Of a DNA stretch of 64,000 nucleotides, positions 28,445 through 39,104 are shown piece after piece. The notes under the pieces were generated by a model. The model was not told the DNA's origin. It made no database searches and worked only from the letters and a program-made list of their open reading frames with translations. Position 1 is the stretch's first letter, and each line of letters begins with the position of its first letter. Location of the stretch: the NCBI GenBank assembly GCA_964588335.1, contig CAZPOV010000008.1, forward strand, positions 68,918-132,917, written 5' to 3'. This DNA comes from an uncultured Pseudobdellovibrionaceae bacterium. Its GTDB lineage: Bacteria; Bdellovibrionota; Bdellovibrionia; Bdellovibrionales; JAGQZY01. The position numbers were made by a program, and so were the translations under genes.

Positions 28445-28978
28445 TTGGAAGCATTGTCAGATTTCGAGTTGGTTCAAAAAACAGTCGACGGTTACCAAGA
28501 CGCATTTTCTATTCTAGTGATGCGTTATCAGAAACCATTACACAGCTTAAGTATGCGATATGTTCGTGATGCGCAATTGGCTGAGGATATCGTCCAGGAA
28601 AGCTTTCTTAAGGCTTTTGAAAAGCTGGCCAGTTTTCAGTTTCGCTCGGCTTTCAAAAGTTGGATTTACCGTATTGTTATCAATACGGCGAAAAACTCCT
28701 TACGCAGCTCAAAACCGATGGTGGATATTGAGAAAGTCCCTTTGAAGGTGGACGATGAGTGTGAGGGCACGTTAATTGAAAAACAGCTGCTGGAACAGAC
28801 ACAAAAAATAATTGAAGCATTGCCTGAAAAACAACAACAGGCCGTCAATCTAAGAGTCTTCGAGGACTTAAGCTTCAAGGAAGTGGCGTATGAGATGGAC
28901 TGTCCCTACGATACGGCCAAGGCGAATTACCGCCATGGCCTTATTAAAATTAAGGAAAAAATGGTTATCACTTGGTAA
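28445..28978 (+). CDS. ECF-type sigma-70 family RNA polymerase sigma factor
   Basis: Region 2 (LAEDIVQESFLKAF…SWIYRIVIN) and region 4 (LPEKQQQAVNLRVFEDLSFKEVAYEM). TTG start after GGGGGGAG. Confidence 0.85.
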   Translation: MEALSDFELVQKTVDGYQDAFSILVMRYQKPLHSLSMRYVRDAQLAEDIVQESFLKAFEKLASFQFRSAFKSWIYRIVINTAKNSLRSSKPMVDIEKVPLKVDDECEGTLIEKQLLEQTQKIIEALPEKQQQAVNLRVFEDLSFKEVAYEMDCPYDTAKANYRHGLIKIKEKMVITW

Positions 28979-28990
28979 GTTTTCATCCTT

Positions 28991-29818
28991 TTAAGAATTA
29001 AGAAACTCATCGTGAAAACGAATGTGTTCCTCAATAAAAGTAGAAATGAAGTAATAGGAGTGATCAAAACCTTGGCGTTTATTAACGATCAACTCTTGCT
29101 TGGAATCATCACAAGCTTTCTCAAAATTTTCGGTCAAGAGCTGGTCAGGATAAAAGTTGTCGTCCAGACCTTGCTCAATCAAAAAAGGCTGTGGATGGAA
29201 CTTTCCAGATTTCACCAAGCAAGTGGCGTCATGCTTTTGCCACTCGGACTTGTCTTCACCGAGATAGCCCGTGAACGCTTTTTGACCCCATTGGCAAGCC
29301 ACCGGGTTGGTGATGGGTGAGAAAGCCGAAACCGAAGTAAAGCGATCGGGGTATTTCAAACCCAAGGTCAAAGCACCGTGACCACCCATCGAGTGTCCAA
29401 ACAAAGCGGTCTTACCAGACTTGTTAAATTCGTTGTGGAACAGACTCAATATTTCATCAGCGATGTAGGATTCCATTTTATAGTGGTTTGCATAACCTTC
29501 GGTTTTCGCATCAATATAAAAACCAGCACCTGACCCAAAATCGTAATCATCGTGCTCTTTGGGTAAGTCCAATCCCCGCGGAGACGTGTCAGGGCAAATA
29601 ATGGCAAGGCCGCGATCGCTCAAGCACTTTTGGGCTCCGGCTTTGGTGATAAAGTTCTCTTCATTGCAGGTCAATCCTGATAGCCAAATCAACCCACCTT
29701 TAATGGGGCTGTCAGGCAGATAAACTGAAAACTTCATTGTCGTGCCAGTTTGCTTAGAGTCATGCTCGTAAAACTGAGTCTTTCCATTGAAAGACTTGTG
29801 TGACTTCAACTGTTTCAT
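28991..29818 (-). CDS. frmB: S-formylglutathione hydrolase (esterase D family)
   Basis: Motifs LSGLTCNEENF, the nucleophile elbow GHSMGGHGA, and a C-terminal GFDHSYYFI. It lies downstream of the class III ADH gene. Confidence 0.9.
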   Translation of the reverse strand: MKQLKSHKSFNGKTQFYEHDSKQTGTTMKFSVYLPDSPIKGGLIWLSGLTCNEENFITKAGAQKCLSDRGLAIICPDTSPRGLDLPKEHDDYDFGSGAGFYIDAKTEGYANHYKMESYIADEILSLFHNEFNKSGKTALFGHSMGGHGALTLGLKYPDRFTSVSAFSPITNPVACQWGQKAFTGYLGEDKSEWQKHDATCLVKSGKFHPQPFLIEQGLDDNFYPDQLLTENFEKACDDSKQELIVNKRQGFDHSYYFISTFIEEHIRFHDEFLNS

Positions 29819-29827
29819 AGTCGTCTC

Positions 29828-31117
<1,290 letters not shown>

Positions 31118-31137
31118 CTAAATAAGTAGTCAGCTAC

Positions 31138-31542
31138 TTATGCAACGTTACGAAGAGGAAAAGAGTCGTCTTTTTTCCAGTTCTTGTTCTTTTTCAGTTT
31201 GGTGTAATGCTTACGGCCAGAGACAACAGCTTTGTTGTAGTCACGCTCATACTTGTTGAACTGCTTGTCTAACCAGCTGTAGTAAGATTTGTAAAGGTGG
31301 TTGGACATGAACTTTCTGTAAAAAGTAACAGGTGCTTTAGCGGTCAAACCAAATCTTTTGGTGAAAGATTTAATTTCTTTATTCATAAGGGTCCACCATT
31401 TATTGGCTTCTGTTTTGTGAATAAAATTTCCAACGAAAACAGGGTGCTTGCCAAAGTGAAAACCAACTTCCCAACCTTTGCCAGCAGCTTTAAGGTAGGC
31501 TTTGCATGTGTGAGGACCATACTTATAAACTTTCTTTTTCAT
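31138..31542 (-). CDS. Hypothetical small basic, aromatic-rich protein
   Basis: 134 aa, with ATG at 31542 after AAAGGA. It has its own terminator. No motif recognised. Confidence 0.5.
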   Translation of the reverse strand: MKKKVYKYGPHTCKAYLKAAGKGWEVGFHFGKHPVFVGNFIHKTEANKWWTLMNKEIKSFTKRFGLTAKAPVTFYRKFMSNHLYKSYYSWLDKQFNKYERDYNKAVVSGRKHYTKLKKNKNWKKDDSFPLRNVA

Positions 31543-31670
31543 TACTTTGTCCTTTCTTAAGGTGTTGTTATGAATGAACCTCTTCATCGGAGCGAAAAAC
31601 CAAAACTTTGAGTCCTGATAGAATATATTTTGGATAGGGAAGACGATGGTCTGATTTTAGCAATCGATTT

Positions 31671-32729
31671 TCATAATGACTCGATGATTTTTTTTAACTG
31701 AGCCTCTGGATTTTCAGCGGACTCCAACTCTTTTAGTTTGTTAAAAACCTTCATGAAATCGCGATCATAGTGATTGGCCAAGGCCTCGAGTTCGGAAAAA
31801 TCACTGTTGTACAGTTCAAGCAGTAATAAAAAAGCATTGTTGAACTTTTTCTTTGGAAACCATAGATATTGTTGGGTCTTGAGTTTTGGTTGAACGCTTT
31901 CCTGAAAATTCTGTTTCATTTTGGCGAACTGTTTTTGTCGGTCTTGTATGATGTTGGGATTGTCTTGATTGTTTTTATACCATTGGCGCATTTGTTTGAG
32001 CTCTCGACTAATGAATTCTGAGAACAAGAGTTCATCGTGGGACTCATTTGAGACAATCTTCTTTAAGTCGTCGGCGCGATTCAGTTTGGCATAGTAAGCC
32101 TCAGCGCCCAGTTGCCCAAGAAAGCTGGCCACGCGCTCGTTAAATTTTGACTCGCCGGCAATGTAAAGGTTGGCGTGAACAGTTTCATGAATCAGAGTGT
32201 TCACAAACTGGTGCTCTTGCATGCGCAACATGGAAGACAGTAAAGGATCCTCAAACCACCCCAAGGTACTATAGGCAGATACACCTCGCACATAGGTGTC
32301 GAGGTTTTTCTCCTGCAGTTGTTTCGCCTCTTCTATGGCACTTTCTTCTTTAAAGTAAGCTTTGTAGGGAACTTTGCCAATAATCGGAAAGCTCCATGTG
32401 TAGGGCTTGAGATGGTTCTTTGGTGCGGCGTTGACAGCGTAGGTGACATACTTTTGTTCAAGATGAACGTAGCGAGAGTAATTATCGTCGGTATTGAGCT
32501 TGAGCTCTTCAGTCATAAATTTGCGCAGTTCAATGGCCAGCTTTATTTTTTCACGTTCGTCTTTGTTCAGTTCGTAGTGCTCTAGGGCATAGCGCAAGGG
32601 CACCCGTTGGCGCATGAGATGGGCCTGGTAATAGGCACTTTCAGCAATGTAGCCAAGTTGGCAGCCGCTCAGACCAAACAAGGCTATTATCAGCACCAAG
32701 GTGCAAAGCCGCCTGTTTAAAGAAACCAT
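31671..32729 (-). CDS. Putative zinc aminopeptidase-like lipoprotein (HExxH)
   Basis: Signal peptide plus lipobox (LFGLSGC) and the metalloprotease motif LIHETVHANLY. It resembles the predicted-aminopeptidase (COG4324-type) family. Confidence 0.5.
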   Translation of the reverse strand: MVSLNRRLCTLVLIIALFGLSGCQLGYIAESAYYQAHLMRQRVPLRYALEHYELNKDEREKIKLAIELRKFMTEELKLNTDDNYSRYVHLEQKYVTYAVNAAPKNHLKPYTWSFPIIGKVPYKAYFKEESAIEEAKQLQEKNLDTYVRGVSAYSTLGWFEDPLLSSMLRMQEHQFVNTLIHETVHANLYIAGESKFNERVASFLGQLGAEAYYAKLNRADDLKKIVSNESHDELLFSEFISRELKQMRQWYKNNQDNPNIIQDRQKQFAKMKQNFQESVQPKLKTQQYLWFPKKKFNNAFLLLLELYNSDFSELEALANHYDRDFMKVFNKLKELESAENPEAQLKKIIESL

Positions 32730-33295
32730 GATATGCCAGCGCGTCCCGCAACGTCCCAGCGTGGGTCGCGATCAATTGAATCGCTGGTCCAAGCTTCAAC
32801 TCCAACTTTGAAAGAAAGGCGATCCGTGATGCGAACCTTCATTCCAAAACCGAGACTGGGTACAAATGTTGATTCCAATTCGACAGTTTCACGAAAAAAT
32901 GGATTTGAAAACTCATAGGTGACATCTTTTTTATTAAAGTAGGCCACTCCCGCTTTCAGGTATGGAATAAAGGGCGCCTTTCTGTCGGCAAAAGTGAAGA
33001 CCAAATCCATGCCAATCAGTTCAAAGTCATAGGTGGTGCGAGAGTCAGAGGTTGAGCTGGGAACAAAGCGCTCAGATTGTCCCTTGGTGTAGCTCAATTC
33101 AGCCGCCGCCATTTCGGCAAAATAGTAGGCGAATGAACCAGTGAAAGAAACTGTAGCGTCAAAGGATTCACGAGTGGTTTCCGAGGGGAGGAATAATTTT
33201 CGATAGTTTCCGGCAAAACCCAGCTCGTAGTAAGCCGCCCGTCCAAGACTTGGAAACATCAACAACAGAGGTAAAAGAATTTTCAACATATTCAA
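32717..33295 (-). CDS. Small outer-membrane beta-barrel protein (OmpW/OprF-N-like porin-family fold)
   Basis: Signal peptide MNMLKILLPLLLMFPSLGRA, alternating amphipathic beta-strand pattern, and a C-terminal aromatic residue (…GISWFL). Confidence 0.5.
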   Translation of the reverse strand: MNMLKILLPLLLMFPSLGRAAYYELGFAGNYRKLFLPSETTRESFDATVSFTGSFAYYFAEMAAAELSYTKGQSERFVPSSTSDSRTTYDFELIGMDLVFTFADRKAPFIPYLKAGVAYFNKKDVTYEFSNPFFRETVELESTFVPSLGFGMKVRITDRLSFKVGVEAWTSDSIDRDPRWDVAGRAGISWFL

Positions 33296-33579
33296 ATTTT
33301 ATCAAATAAAAATAAGGATTTATAGAGGTTCCAAAGTCCAGAGTGCAACCCCCTATTGGGCCCGTTGGTCTAGGTCAAAAAAGAGGTTCTAAGAAGTTGT
33401 GGGTATTTGATACTGTTGTTCCATGCACAATTGTTTTCGTGATTCTCACCTGGCGAGCATATTTAACGAGTATCCTTTGCCGTAGCAGCGGCAGCTACTG
33501 TCATCTTGGATCGGTTTCTCTGCTGGCTAGACATTCTTTGCGGAGTGTTTTAAGAACATCGACAGACAAAGGATAGAGT

Positions 33580-33999
33580 ATGGACCGTCTGAAAATGCAG
33601 GAACAATATGGTGAGCTTCTAGTTGAAGTAAAACATAACAAAACTTTGTACCGAGTGGGTCTGGTTATTAGCGGAGTCCTATTTGTGGTGGCCACTCTGT
33701 TCGGAACCTACTTCACGGCGTTTCCATTGCTGGTGACTCTGGGAATTTGCGTTTCAGTGCAAACTCGACCTTGTTTTCGTCTTTATGAAAAAGCCTTTGT
33801 TGCCTTGCCGGCCATTGGTCCTTTAAAGAAGGTTTACCCCTTTGAATCTTTTGCTGATGTTCAGCTTGAAGAAAAAAAGTTGAAAATAAAGAGTGAAGGC
33901 AAGATGAAGTCTTTTGGTTTGCCAAAGGCGTTTTTAGATGGACCATCGTTGCAAGATCTGCGACAAACGGTAAAAAATCGAACCACCGGTGTGAATTAG
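33580..33999 (+). CDS. Hypothetical membrane protein
   Basis: 139 aa with two adjacent hydrophobic helices (VGLVISGVLFVVATLFGTYFTAFPLLVTLGICV). No motif recognised. Confidence 0.4.
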   Translation: MDRLKMQEQYGELLVEVKHNKTLYRVGLVISGVLFVVATLFGTYFTAFPLLVTLGICVSVQTRPCFRLYEKAFVALPAIGPLKKVYPFESFADVQLEEKKLKIKSEGKMKSFGLPKAFLDGPSLQDLRQTVKNRTTGVN

Positions 34000-34880
34000 T
34001 TGCCGCTTTGAAAGCGTATATTCGGCTGCGGTACCCAAAACACTTCGGTTTGGAACTGCAAATGAATATAGCCATTTTTATCGATCATCTCTTTTGGCGG
34101 ATTGGGAACATTTTTCACGTCTTTAAAGGAATTGATGGCCGCTTCATCAATCGACCACAAGTCGGAGAGTCGAAAAGGTTGAACTTCAAGAACTTCACCT
34201 TTTTCATTCATTATCACTTCCACGTTGGTCACCCAGGACTTGCTGACCGCGGGCGCATTATTTTCACGAATCCATTGATACAGAGCGGTTCGCACCCGAT
34301 CACCCCAAAGGGGAATAAAGCGTTGCAGGAGTCTTTGGTTGAAGCTGTAAAAGCGATGTTGGTCGGTGTTCAGAGCCGTCACATTTCCAAGGCGCACGCC
34401 GGGAGGCATCTGTTGCTGAACGTAGGCGGGAACCATGGGCTGAGAACTTGAACTGCCGTAGCCGGGAAGATGCAAAACTTCACGATCGTCTTCGGCCTTG
34501 TGAGTTCCATATTCCGTGACCTTTTCTTTCTGCTCATTGTTTTTCTTGGCTTTCCCACCTTGACCACCAGAGGCTACGGGAGCCTGGATAGGAGCCGGTT
34601 CAGGCGGTTTGGCGTAAGTTTCAAGCTCGGTTCGACGGGTGGCATTGGATTTAAACTTTACTTCGTCTTTTGGCTTTTCTTTTAAGACTTTTTGGTTGGC
34701 AGGGGCCTGCACCATCATGGTTTCTTTTGGTGGTTCGGTAAAAACGATTTCCATGGGGGTGTCTTGTTTTGAGACGCTAAAGGGGTTTTCAAAAAAGGCG
34801 ACAAGAAAGAAAAGAAGACCATGCAGGGCCAGACTGCCAAAAAATGCTATTAGAGCTTTATTTGAGTCTGAATCTTGGAT
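33996..34880 (-). CDS. TonB-like energy-transducer family protein (5' end uncertain, probably a non-canonical start)
   Basis: Pro/Lys/Glu-rich linker (KPPEPAPIQAP) and a TonB-C-like end (VTNVEVIMNEKGEVLEVQP…IDEAAINSF). The expected N-terminal anchor ALIAFFGSLALHGLLFFLVAFF is encoded in frame upstream of the first ATG (34754). Confidence 0.55.
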   Translation of the reverse strand: MQDSDSNKALIAFFGSLALHGLLFFLVAFFENPFSVSKQDTPMEIVFTEPPKETMMVQAPANQKVLKEKPKDEVKFKSNATRRTELETYAKPPEPAPIQAPVASGGQGGKAKKNNEQKEKVTEYGTHKAEDDREVLHLPGYGSSSSQPMVPAYVQQQMPPGVRLGNVTALNTDQHRFYSFNQRLLQRFIPLWGDRVRTALYQWIRENNAPAVSKSWVTNVEVIMNEKGEVLEVQPFRLSDLWSIDEAAINSFKDVKNVPNPPKEMIDKNGYIHLQFQTEVFWVPQPNIRFQSGN

Positions 34881-34960
34881 AAACCCTCCTGTTTTCTTAA
34901 GAAATGTCTAAAGTTGAGACCCCTTCCTTCCGATTGTTTTTTATAGCACAGGGAGGGGGA

Positions 34961-35476
34961 ATGAGTACAGAAGGTAAAGTATTAGCATTTCCTAAAGTAA
35001 AAAAAGACGAGTCCACCGAAAAAACGGACTCTAAGGCCAGTATCGTCGATATTGGCGCCAAAAGACAAGAAATGATCCAGGATGAGCGTCGCTCTGTACG
35101 GCGAACAATTCTGACTGAATTCATTGGTGTTCACACCATCGTTCCTGGCTCCGGTCTGCAAAAATGCGCTCTTCACGATATATCCGTGAAAGGTGTGGCC
35201 TTTGATCTGTCCAAGAAGCAAGGACACTTTAAGCCCGGTGAAGAGGTCGCAATGCGTGTCTACCTCAACCATAGAACCTACTTCCCTTTTGTGGTGCAAG
35301 TGAAATCTTCGCGCTATGTGGAAGAAGAAGGTGTCTACCGTCATGGAGCTTCGGTTTTAAAAGGAACCGTCAACCAAGAGGCTCTTAAGCACTTTATTCA
35401 ATTTATTGAAACAGTCAGTGCCAATCTAAAAACTGATCATGGTGACGTTATCGTCAGCAATCTTGATCAACCCTAA
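34961..35476 (+). CDS. PilZ-domain c-di-GMP-binding protein
   Basis: RxxxR (ERRSVRR) and DxSxxG (DISVKG) motifs at the correct spacing. ATG at 34961 follows GGAGGGGG. Confidence 0.75.
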   Translation: MSTEGKVLAFPKVKKDESTEKTDSKASIVDIGAKRQEMIQDERRSVRRTILTEFIGVHTIVPGSGLQKCALHDISVKGVAFDLSKKQGHFKPGEEVAMRVYLNHRTYFPFVVQVKSSRYVEEEGVYRHGASVLKGTVNQEALKHFIQFIETVSANLKTDHGDVIVSNLDQP

Positions 35477-35509
35477 ACATTAAAAATCACTGTCAACAGC
35501 AACAACCGC

Positions 35510-35550
35510 CGTCGAGAAGTTCTCTGCACTGCTTCTCGAGGGGTTTTTAT
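35510..35550 (+). terminator. Rho-independent terminator after the PilZ gene
   Basis: TCGAGAAG-12 nt loop-CTTCTCGA, then GGGGTTTTTATT. Confidence 0.6.
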
Positions 35551-35633
35551 TGCCAGCCCCGCTGAATTGTACTGCAATAAAGCTATCTACGGTTCGACTA
35601 ACGGAACCGAGCAGTTCTTGCAGGAGGGGTGAT

Positions 35634-36956
35634 TTGGCCAAAGGGATTAGAAAGATAGTAGTTGATACGAACGTCATTTTGTTTGATGCCTTGGCAGTCA
35701 ACAAATTCCACAAAGCTCATGTCTATGTTCCGATCTCGGTGATCGAGGAAATTGATCGATTCAAGCGCGACCCAGGTGAAAATGGACGGAACGCGCGCCA
35801 TTTCTCTCGGTTTATTGATGTTCTTCGCGAAAAGGGTAGTTTGTCAGAGGGTATTCCCGTTTCTGATGATTCTGAATCTAAAATCTTTATCACAGCCGAC
35901 CGTCGAACCGAGGACATTCCCGACGACCTTTTCGAAAACAAGGCCGACAATCGCATTTTGATGATGGCTCTTCACTTGAAGGCTGAAGATCCAGACGCTT
36001 TAGTGGAGTTGGTGACCAAAGATATCAACCTTCGAATCAAAGCCGATGTTTTTGGGATCACCGCCAAAGATTATGAGCCTGAGAAAGTTTCGTTCGAAGA
36101 AATGTACAATGGACATGTGGAAATCACCGTGACCTCCGATCTGATCAATCAGTTCTATGAAGACCGAGTCTTACCAATTCCTGATGACCAAAAATTGTTT
36201 GCGAATCAGTACATTATTGCCAAAGACTCATCCAATGAAAACCATAGTGCTATTGGGCGCTATGACGAATCCCAAAAAGCAATGATTCCGTTAATCAGCA
36301 TGAATGAAGGCATTTGGGGAATTCATCCACGTAACGTCGAACAGTCTTTTGCTTTGGATGGTTTATTAAATGATGAAATCCTTTTCTGCTCACTGGTTGG
36401 CAAAGCTGGAACCGGTAAAACTCTATTGGCGTTAGCGGCCGGGCTTTACAAAACCTTAGATGAAGGACGTTTTCAGCGTTTGCTAGTGAGTCGCCCGATT
36501 TTTCCAATGGGTCGAGACATTGGTTACTTGCCAGGGGATGTTGAACAAAAATTGAATCCATGGATGCAACCCATTTTTGACAACGTGGAATTTCTGATGG
36601 GCGCTGATAAAAAAGCAGCAGGCCGTGCGCAGGAGCTGATGAATCAAGGAATGTTAAACATTGAACCTTTGACCTATATTCGAGGCCGAAGCATTCCTAA
36701 TCAGTTTTTAATTGTTGATGAAGCACAGAACCTGACACCTCATGAGATCAAAACCATCGTGACAAGAGCTGGGTCCGGTACCAAGGTCGTATTGACGGGA
36801 GATTGTTATCAGATTGATAATCCTTACGTTGATAGTGCGACCAGTGGGCTGACTTACTCTGTAGAGCGTTTTAAAGGCCACCGGATTTCGGCGCATAACA
36901 CGCTCGTCAAGGGGGAGAGATCAGAGCTGGCTGAATTGGCTGCCAACATTCTCTAA
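35634..36956 (+). CDS. PIN-domain + PhoH-like ATPase (PhoH2/YlaK type)
   Basis: TTG at 35634 lies 6 nt after AGGAGG. PIN region VVDTNVILFD…PISVIEEID. PhoH region has Walker A GKAGTGKT, LIVDEAQN and VLTGDCYQIDNPY. Confidence 0.85.
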   Translation: MAKGIRKIVVDTNVILFDALAVNKFHKAHVYVPISVIEEIDRFKRDPGENGRNARHFSRFIDVLREKGSLSEGIPVSDDSESKIFITADRRTEDIPDDLFENKADNRILMMALHLKAEDPDALVELVTKDINLRIKADVFGITAKDYEPEKVSFEEMYNGHVEITVTSDLINQFYEDRVLPIPDDQKLFANQYIIAKDSSNENHSAIGRYDESQKAMIPLISMNEGIWGIHPRNVEQSFALDGLLNDEILFCSLVGKAGTGKTLLALAAGLYKTLDEGRFQRLLVSRPIFPMGRDIGYLPGDVEQKLNPWMQPIFDNVEFLMGADKKAAGRAQELMNQGMLNIEPLTYIRGRSIPNQFLIVDEAQNLTPHEIKTIVTRAGSGTKVVLTGDCYQIDNPYVDSATSGLTYSVERFKGHRISAHNTLVKGERSELAELAANIL

Positions 36957-37032
36957 GCATCCTCCACAAAGAGTCTTGGCTTTTTATTGGACAGGGTTCC
37001 ATAGAAAGCCAGGGACTTGATAAGGAGAGACT

Positions 37033-38133
37033 ATGGATGGGTTCAAATCTATTGTTTTAATTGTTTCAATTGCAAGTGCCTTTTACTTCGTAAGAAATAT
37101 TAAAATTTCCGTCACCGATGCCGCTGCCACTGAAGTTGTTGAATTGGCGCCGGACGCTGATAGCCAGCCTGCGGGTGACATGAGTGACGGTAACAATCCG
37201 ACTTCTGAGTCCTCCAGGCCCTCACGGCAGCCACAAAGTTTTAACCGAGAGGTTGCTGTTGATCCTTTGCAGCAGCTGGTGGCCTTTATTCAGGCCCGAC
37301 AGTTGTGCGAATTTTTAGAGTTTGCAGACCAACACAGCTTGGGAAAAAAAGATCAATTGCGAGCTTTAGGCATGAGCCTTGGTGATGAGAAATTCAGTGA
37401 ACTTTCGGTTTTTATAGATTCCGATTTCAGCCAATTCCATTCTTATAAAACCAAAGCTGCTAAAGGTTTTTTGTTAGCGCAAAACAGAGAGGCTTTTGCG
37501 AATATGAGTTTTACCGGTGGTGATGATTTCGTTAAAGGATTAAAACCGGAGCATAAAACCATACTAGAAATGATCGAGGTGGAGGCCTCCAGAGATTCTG
37601 ACAATCTGTTTTATGCGATGTTACGCAATGACATCTTTCACCGCTACAGCAACGTTGATGATGCCACCAAAGCCAAGCTTTATGATCAGGTGATGGCGAC
37701 GACTTACTATGAGAATCCGGTACAAAGTTTGTTTCGCGATCTTTATCAGCAATCGAAATCAAACGTGGTGCAATTTTATTTGGCGCAATCCATCTTTTAC
37801 AAGCAGTCGGTGGGGCTGGACGAAAACTTTATTGGTCGGAATATTTGGCGATTTTACGATGAAGGAATGCGCTATTATATTAATGGGCTTCTTGGAAAAT
37901 CTTTAGAAAACGTCAGTGATTCGGCGAAAGTCTTTGCTTATGAGACAGGCGTTTATAAAGCCTACCGGAACTCACTCCATTATTTAGAGTATGAGGCTTC
38001 AATGGATGTGGGGGCTTACGATGCCAGCAAGTCCCAGCCCACCTACGGGCAAGAGGAGCTGCGTCTCAGTTTTGAAGGAGCCTGTGACCCCGTTCAGGTG
38101 AGCGAGCTTGAAATCAAGCTAAGGGCTCTTTAA
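37033..38133 (+). CDS. Hypothetical protein with an N-terminal membrane anchor
   Basis: 366-aa ORF with an N-terminal hydrophobic helix (IVLIVSIASAFYF). No motif recognised. Confidence 0.5.
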   Translation: MDGFKSIVLIVSIASAFYFVRNIKISVTDAAATEVVELAPDADSQPAGDMSDGNNPTSESSRPSRQPQSFNREVAVDPLQQLVAFIQARQLCEFLEFADQHSLGKKDQLRALGMSLGDEKFSELSVFIDSDFSQFHSYKTKAAKGFLLAQNREAFANMSFTGGDDFVKGLKPEHKTILEMIEVEASRDSDNLFYAMLRNDIFHRYSNVDDATKAKLYDQVMATTYYENPVQSLFRDLYQQSKSNVVQFYLAQSIFYKQSVGLDENFIGRNIWRFYDEGMRYYINGLLGKSLENVSDSAKVFAYETGVYKAYRNSLHYLEYEASMDVGAYDASKSQPTYGQEELRLSFEGACDPVQVSELEIKLRAL

Positions 38134-38963
38134 AAACAATTAAAGAAGTACTGTTGATAAAGAGCTTTAATCACTTGTTCTTCATCCTCAGATTCTGCCA
38201 GTCGCAGATCATCTCTAAAGTTTTGCCCAGTATAAAACACACAACGATGGTCGTTGTTATTTAAGACACGGACCCGCGCCTCTTCGGGAGTGATGACTCC
38301 GTCGTTGCGACACATTCTCAGTTTTATCCACAGCGTGTGAAGTTCGATGTAATCCTCTTCCGACAATTCAGGATTTCGAAGATCCATGGCGTAATCAATT
38401 CCACTGTATTCAGGCAATTGATCACAGTCCTCCACTTCGGAAGGTAGAACGTCGGTGGAGATCCAAGGATTGCGTTGGTATTGAGTCAGGACATCGGCCG
38501 GTAGAATTTGGCTGAGGAAGTTGGGCATGGGAAAGACTGGAGTCTCAGGGCCCATTCCAGGATCCGGAAGACTGAGGCCCGTGGGATTGGTGGCATCGTC
38601 ATTGACCACAGGCGCAGCAGGGTCCAGGGTGATGTTGGGTTGCCAGTCCTGAATCGTGTCTTCAGGCACTGGGCGATAGTCTTCCTCAAAGTCATTATCG
38701 ATGATGGGTTCGCCAATAGGGGATCCGCCAGTGATTAAATCCATGGGAGTGGGAATTCCTGTGGGGCCTTCATAACGTCCGCCGCCTTCATTGTAGGTGG
38801 GAAGATCAGGGGCATCCCAGCCACGGGGTGAAATGGTAGGGAATGTACCAAAGTCGCTGGCGCCTCGAAGTTCGCCGCCGGGGTAACCCATACTCTGCGC
38901 ATGGGCAAAACCATGAAGACTGACAAAAGTAAAAGCGGTGATCATTTGACGAAAAAAGCTCAT
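38130..38963 (-). CDS. Hypothetical secreted protein (Pro/Gly/Asp-rich, Cys-containing C-terminal domain)
   Basis: Signal peptide MSFFRQMITAFTFVSLHGFAHA. No motif recognised. Confidence 0.5.
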   Translation of the reverse strand: MSFFRQMITAFTFVSLHGFAHAQSMGYPGGELRGASDFGTFPTISPRGWDAPDLPTYNEGGGRYEGPTGIPTPMDLITGGSPIGEPIIDNDFEEDYRPVPEDTIQDWQPNITLDPAAPVVNDDATNPTGLSLPDPGMGPETPVFPMPNFLSQILPADVLTQYQRNPWISTDVLPSEVEDCDQLPEYSGIDYAMDLRNPELSEEDYIELHTLWIKLRMCRNDGVITPEEARVRVLNNNDHRCVFYTGQNFRDDLRLAESEDEEQVIKALYQQYFFNCF

Positions 38964-39069
38964 GGGCCATCCTCTCGAACTCTATAATGAAAGAACTCTA
39001 CCAGCCCCAACAAAGACTCGATAGATCAAGTGTCAAATTTTCACAACCCACCAACACTTACACACCTCT

Positions 39070-39099
39070 TTGTGAACCAACTGTGCAAATCCCTACACT
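39070..39099 (+). promoter_or_regulatory. Putative sigma-70 promoter for the structured RNA/leader
   Basis: TTGTGA (39070-39075), an 18-nt spacer, then TACACT (39094-39099). This predicts a transcription start near 39105. Confidence 0.3.
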
Positions 39100-39104
39100 C
39101 TAAT

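Noticed and set aside
33343-33576. 77-aa ORF in the 33296-33579 intergenic region
   Set aside because: TTG start without a recognisable RBS (only a weak GAGG about 20 nt upstream), no RBS, odd composition and no motif. It is more likely the promoter/leader region for the flanking divergent genes.
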